From Lama guanicoe (taxonomy: Eukaryota), in the NCBI GenBank assembly GCA_013239625.1, contig MU053487.1, positions 2,191,058 to 2,255,057 on the forward strand: DNA of 64,000 nt, given 5' to 3'. The position numbers and the translations under genes were made by a program. Shown in pieces: positions 61,301 through 64,000 of this stretch. Numbering within the stretch: position 1 is the first letter of the stretch; the number at the start of each line of letters is the position of its first letter. The notes below the pieces were generated by a model. That model did not search any database. It had not been told where the DNA came from and saw nothing but the letters and a program-made list of their open reading frames with translations.

Positions 61301-61695
61301 TGAAGCAAGTCAGACAGAGAAACACAAATATCGTATGATATCACTTATATGTGAAATCTAAAACAAAAAAAAAGATACAAATTCTGTTTATAAACCAAAA
61401 ACAGACTCATGGACATAGAAAACAAACTACGGTTAGCAAAGGGGAGAGGGACGGGGAGGGATAAATTAGCAGCTGAGGATTAATAGACACACATTACTAT
61501 AAATAAAATAGATAAAAAACAAGGACCTACTGTACAAAACAGGGAACTATATTCAATTTCTTGTAATAACCTATAATGGAAAAGAATCTGAAAAATATAT
61601 GTATGTATGTATATGTATAACTGAATCACTTTGCTGTACACCTGAAACTAGCATTGTAAATCAACTACACATCAATTAAAAATTTAAAAAAAAAA
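61301..61695 (+). mobile_element. L1 3' end
   Basis: gaagcaagtcagacagagaaacacaaatatcg...ctgaatcactttgctgtacacctgaaac...poly(A). Confidence 0.88.
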
Positions 61696-61890
61696 AACAT
61701 TGGCACAGACATGAGGATACACACAGAGTCCATGCACCCATCTACACACAAGTGGAGCGAGTGGAGAAAGAGGGGCCACCCACTGAGTCAACAGGGCCAA
61801 CCTCCCCGTCTTGACCCAGGCGGAGGCTGGGGGCCACCCTTCTGTCTGCCCAGGGAAGCCCAGTTCTCCCAGGAGCAGCCACAGGCGTAC

Positions 61891-62023
61891 CTTTCCCAGC
61901 CTCTCGCACAGCTGGGCACAGAGCTGGAACTCCTTGGCATAGCTCAGACACTTAAGGGACAGCTTCGGCTCCTTGCACTCCAGATAGGTCTTAGCCAGTT
62001 CCAAATACTCCACCTGCTTTTCC
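61891..62023 (-). CDS. TRANK1: TRANK1 coding exon (EKQVEYLELAKTYLECKEPKLSLKCLSYAKEFQLCAQLCERLGK)
   Basis: Acceptor ttcctcctcccag|G, donor AAG|gtacgc. 133 bp = 1 + 44 codons; the phase-0 end matches the next exon. Confidence 0.93.
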
Positions 62024-62669
62024 CTGGGAGGAGGAAACAAAGCAGAGCTTCCATGGGAGGTGGACGTGCCACCTGTATATTTATAACCCACAGCTCTCAC
62101 GAGAGCAAACCTGAAACAACCCCCACCCAAGACTCTTACTTGGGGCTGACTTTCTTGGATTTCATGTTCAGGGCGGTGTTGTGAGCCAAAGCCAGTTTCT
62201 CCTTCTCCAGTGCGCCTCCTTTTTGGTAACACTTGGCTGCAACCTGGAATAAGCCAAAGGTTTCTGTTTCCAGCTAGGTCATGGAGGTGGCAGAAGCACG
62301 AAAGGGAAAGCATGCATTCCGTGTCTGCACGGATGGAGCACTGGATCCCACCCCAGTCACGTCTGAGAGGGAGAAAAGGAAAGACTATGCAGTTTTCCTA
62401 TTTCATGCCCATACCTGCTGCCCATATTGTGCCCCCAACCCCCTTTCTAAAAAAAAAAAATTCTTGGTGTTATAACAACAGCCAAGTGTTTGGTATTTTT
62501 TTCCAACTGCAACAAGGATGGGCAGTGAGTACATTGCGGGAGCTCGGTCAAATTCCACCACTGCGACATGTTCATGGAAACGCTTTCCAGACACAAACAA
62601 ACACACAACAGTGCAAATTCTGTGTCCCCTCCCTCACAACTGATTACAGGGGTTGCCCCAGTCCGTCAC

Positions 62670-63085
62670 CCAGCTCTGCATCCATCCACACCCCCTTGCA
62701 GAGTAACTCTGCAGCTTCTCCCATTTCTCTGTGGAGAGTGTGGCCTGTTTCCCCTCCCTCCTGAACTGAGCCGTGATCTGCTTTGGCCAACATGATGCAG
62801 CAGAAAGAAGTGACACTGGGCCAGCTCCCAGGCCAGGCCGAGGCCTCATGTGCCCTCATGCAACCTGCTCGGGCATCATGTGAACACCAGGAACCCCATT
62901 CACCCCCATCCCCTGAGCCAAGAGCCAGCCAACCCCCAGAAACAGACCTGCTCGCTGACGGGTAGCTGAGGACAGCTTAAGTCACCCAGCCTAAAAGAAA
63001 TACTTAGATGGACTCAGCTTTGCCTACCCACAGAACTGTGAGCTACGTAAGTGACTTGTTTTGGGGGATGTTACGCAGCAAAAGT
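62670..63085 (+). mobile_element. MLT1F/G-like MaLR LTR
   Basis: ctgctttggccaac...gcagaaagaagtgac...cccacagaactgtgagcta...ggggatgttacgcagcaa. Confidence 0.65.
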
Positions 63086-63789
63086 TCGTCACTCTCAGAT
63101 GTGAGTGACTTGCTGCAGACTTAAAAGCACTTTCCCTGCCACAGCAGACAAAACTTTCCTAAGAACTGGGAATAAGAAAACACTGAGAATTCCTCTTCCC
63201 CAGGCTTGTCAGATGGGAGAACCTCAAGCAGTCGCTTCCCTTAAGTTCTGACTTGCTGTGTCACTGCGTCCGTCACTTCCCAGTACCCTCCCTATTCCAA
63301 GGAAAAGTAGATCATTAAAACAGCAGGACGAGCCCTTCTGAGAAATCACCGTCTTAAAACACCTGTTCAGAAGCGGCAAGAGAAACTGCAGACACTTTTC
63401 CTGTAACATGTGAGGAGTCGGACCTAAGTCTGAAAAAACCTAAGTCTAACGTGAGCATGGAGGCAGGGACAGGAAAGCAAGGATCGGTCCAAAGCTCAGC
63501 TCCAGCTGTTCTCTCAGGAAGCACCGCTTACAGCTGCAGGCATGGAGCAGTCCCAGGCACCCGGGAGAGTCAGTCTTGAGAAGTGTGCATTTCTGTGCGG
63601 TCCTGGCCGGTGTGGCACTCTGCTGGTTAGTTACCCCCAGGACCCTGTCCTCCCTTTGCTGCCTGATGGCAGAACCTGCCCCTCCATGAAGGGCTGAAAC
63701 TACCAGAGGGTACTGCTCTGCTCTCCCAGATCCCTTCCAGTCAGGGAGGGACAGGTGACCTAGTGCTGACCAGGGAAAGGTAAGATGTC

Positions 63790-64000
63790 CACTGGGGACC
63801 TCATGATTTTTTTTAAAAAGGCCACAAGAGGAATGTGTGTGCCCGTACTTCATTCCTGCTTGGGATGCTGCTGAGAGGAGTGAGGTGTCTGGCACTGCTG
63901 CAGCCATTATGCAGCCAGGAGGGGAAAGCTCTGGTAAGTTGCAAACAGCACAGGGAAGACATGGAGTGAGACTTGATTCAGCTGCAGAACCAACCCTGAG
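63790..64000 (+). mobile_element. MLT1-type MaLR LTR fragment
   Basis: tctggcactgctgcagccattatgcagcca...gctgcagaaccaaccctg. Confidence 0.45.

Noticed and set aside
1..64000. CRISPR arrays, operons, defence systems, rRNA, processed pseudogenes, or viral or foreign coding inserts
   Set aside because: No regularly spaced repeats, prokaryote-like gene clusters or unexplained long coding regions were seen. All convincing coding sequence is DCLK3, TRANK1 or L1.

Overview
Mammalian genomic DNA, most likely camelid (alpaca or camel), judged from seven tRNA-Ala-like SINEs of the Vic-1 type. It is a draft assembly with four N gaps. Two protein-coding genes lie on the minus strand. (1) The 3' end of TRANK1: five coding exons at 61891-62023, 57445-57590, 53683-56747, 52018-52116 and 50670-50770, all GT-AG and phase-consistent, ending in ...KQRKY*, with a ~1.5 kb 3'UTR and an ATTAAA signal at 49206-49211. 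(2) The 5' part of DCLK3: a CpG-island promoter at ~33400-34260, whose first coding exon probably lies in the 52-N gap, and a 1862-bp exon (8311-10172) encoding the doublecortin domain and the N-terminal half of the kinase domain. The remainder is intronic or intergenic and full of repeats: young and old L1s, SINEs, MIR, L2, ERV/MaLR LTRs, and Tigger and hAT MITEs. I find no convincing evidence of a previously undescribed biological system. The best leads are an orphan CpG-rich NRF1/E-box/RFX element with a strong minus-strand splice donor between the genes, two candidate zinc-finger motifs in the TRANK1 C-terminal region, a near-identical 168-bp tandem duplication, and several retrotransposition details. 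Repeat family names come from remembered consensus sequences, not from a database search.
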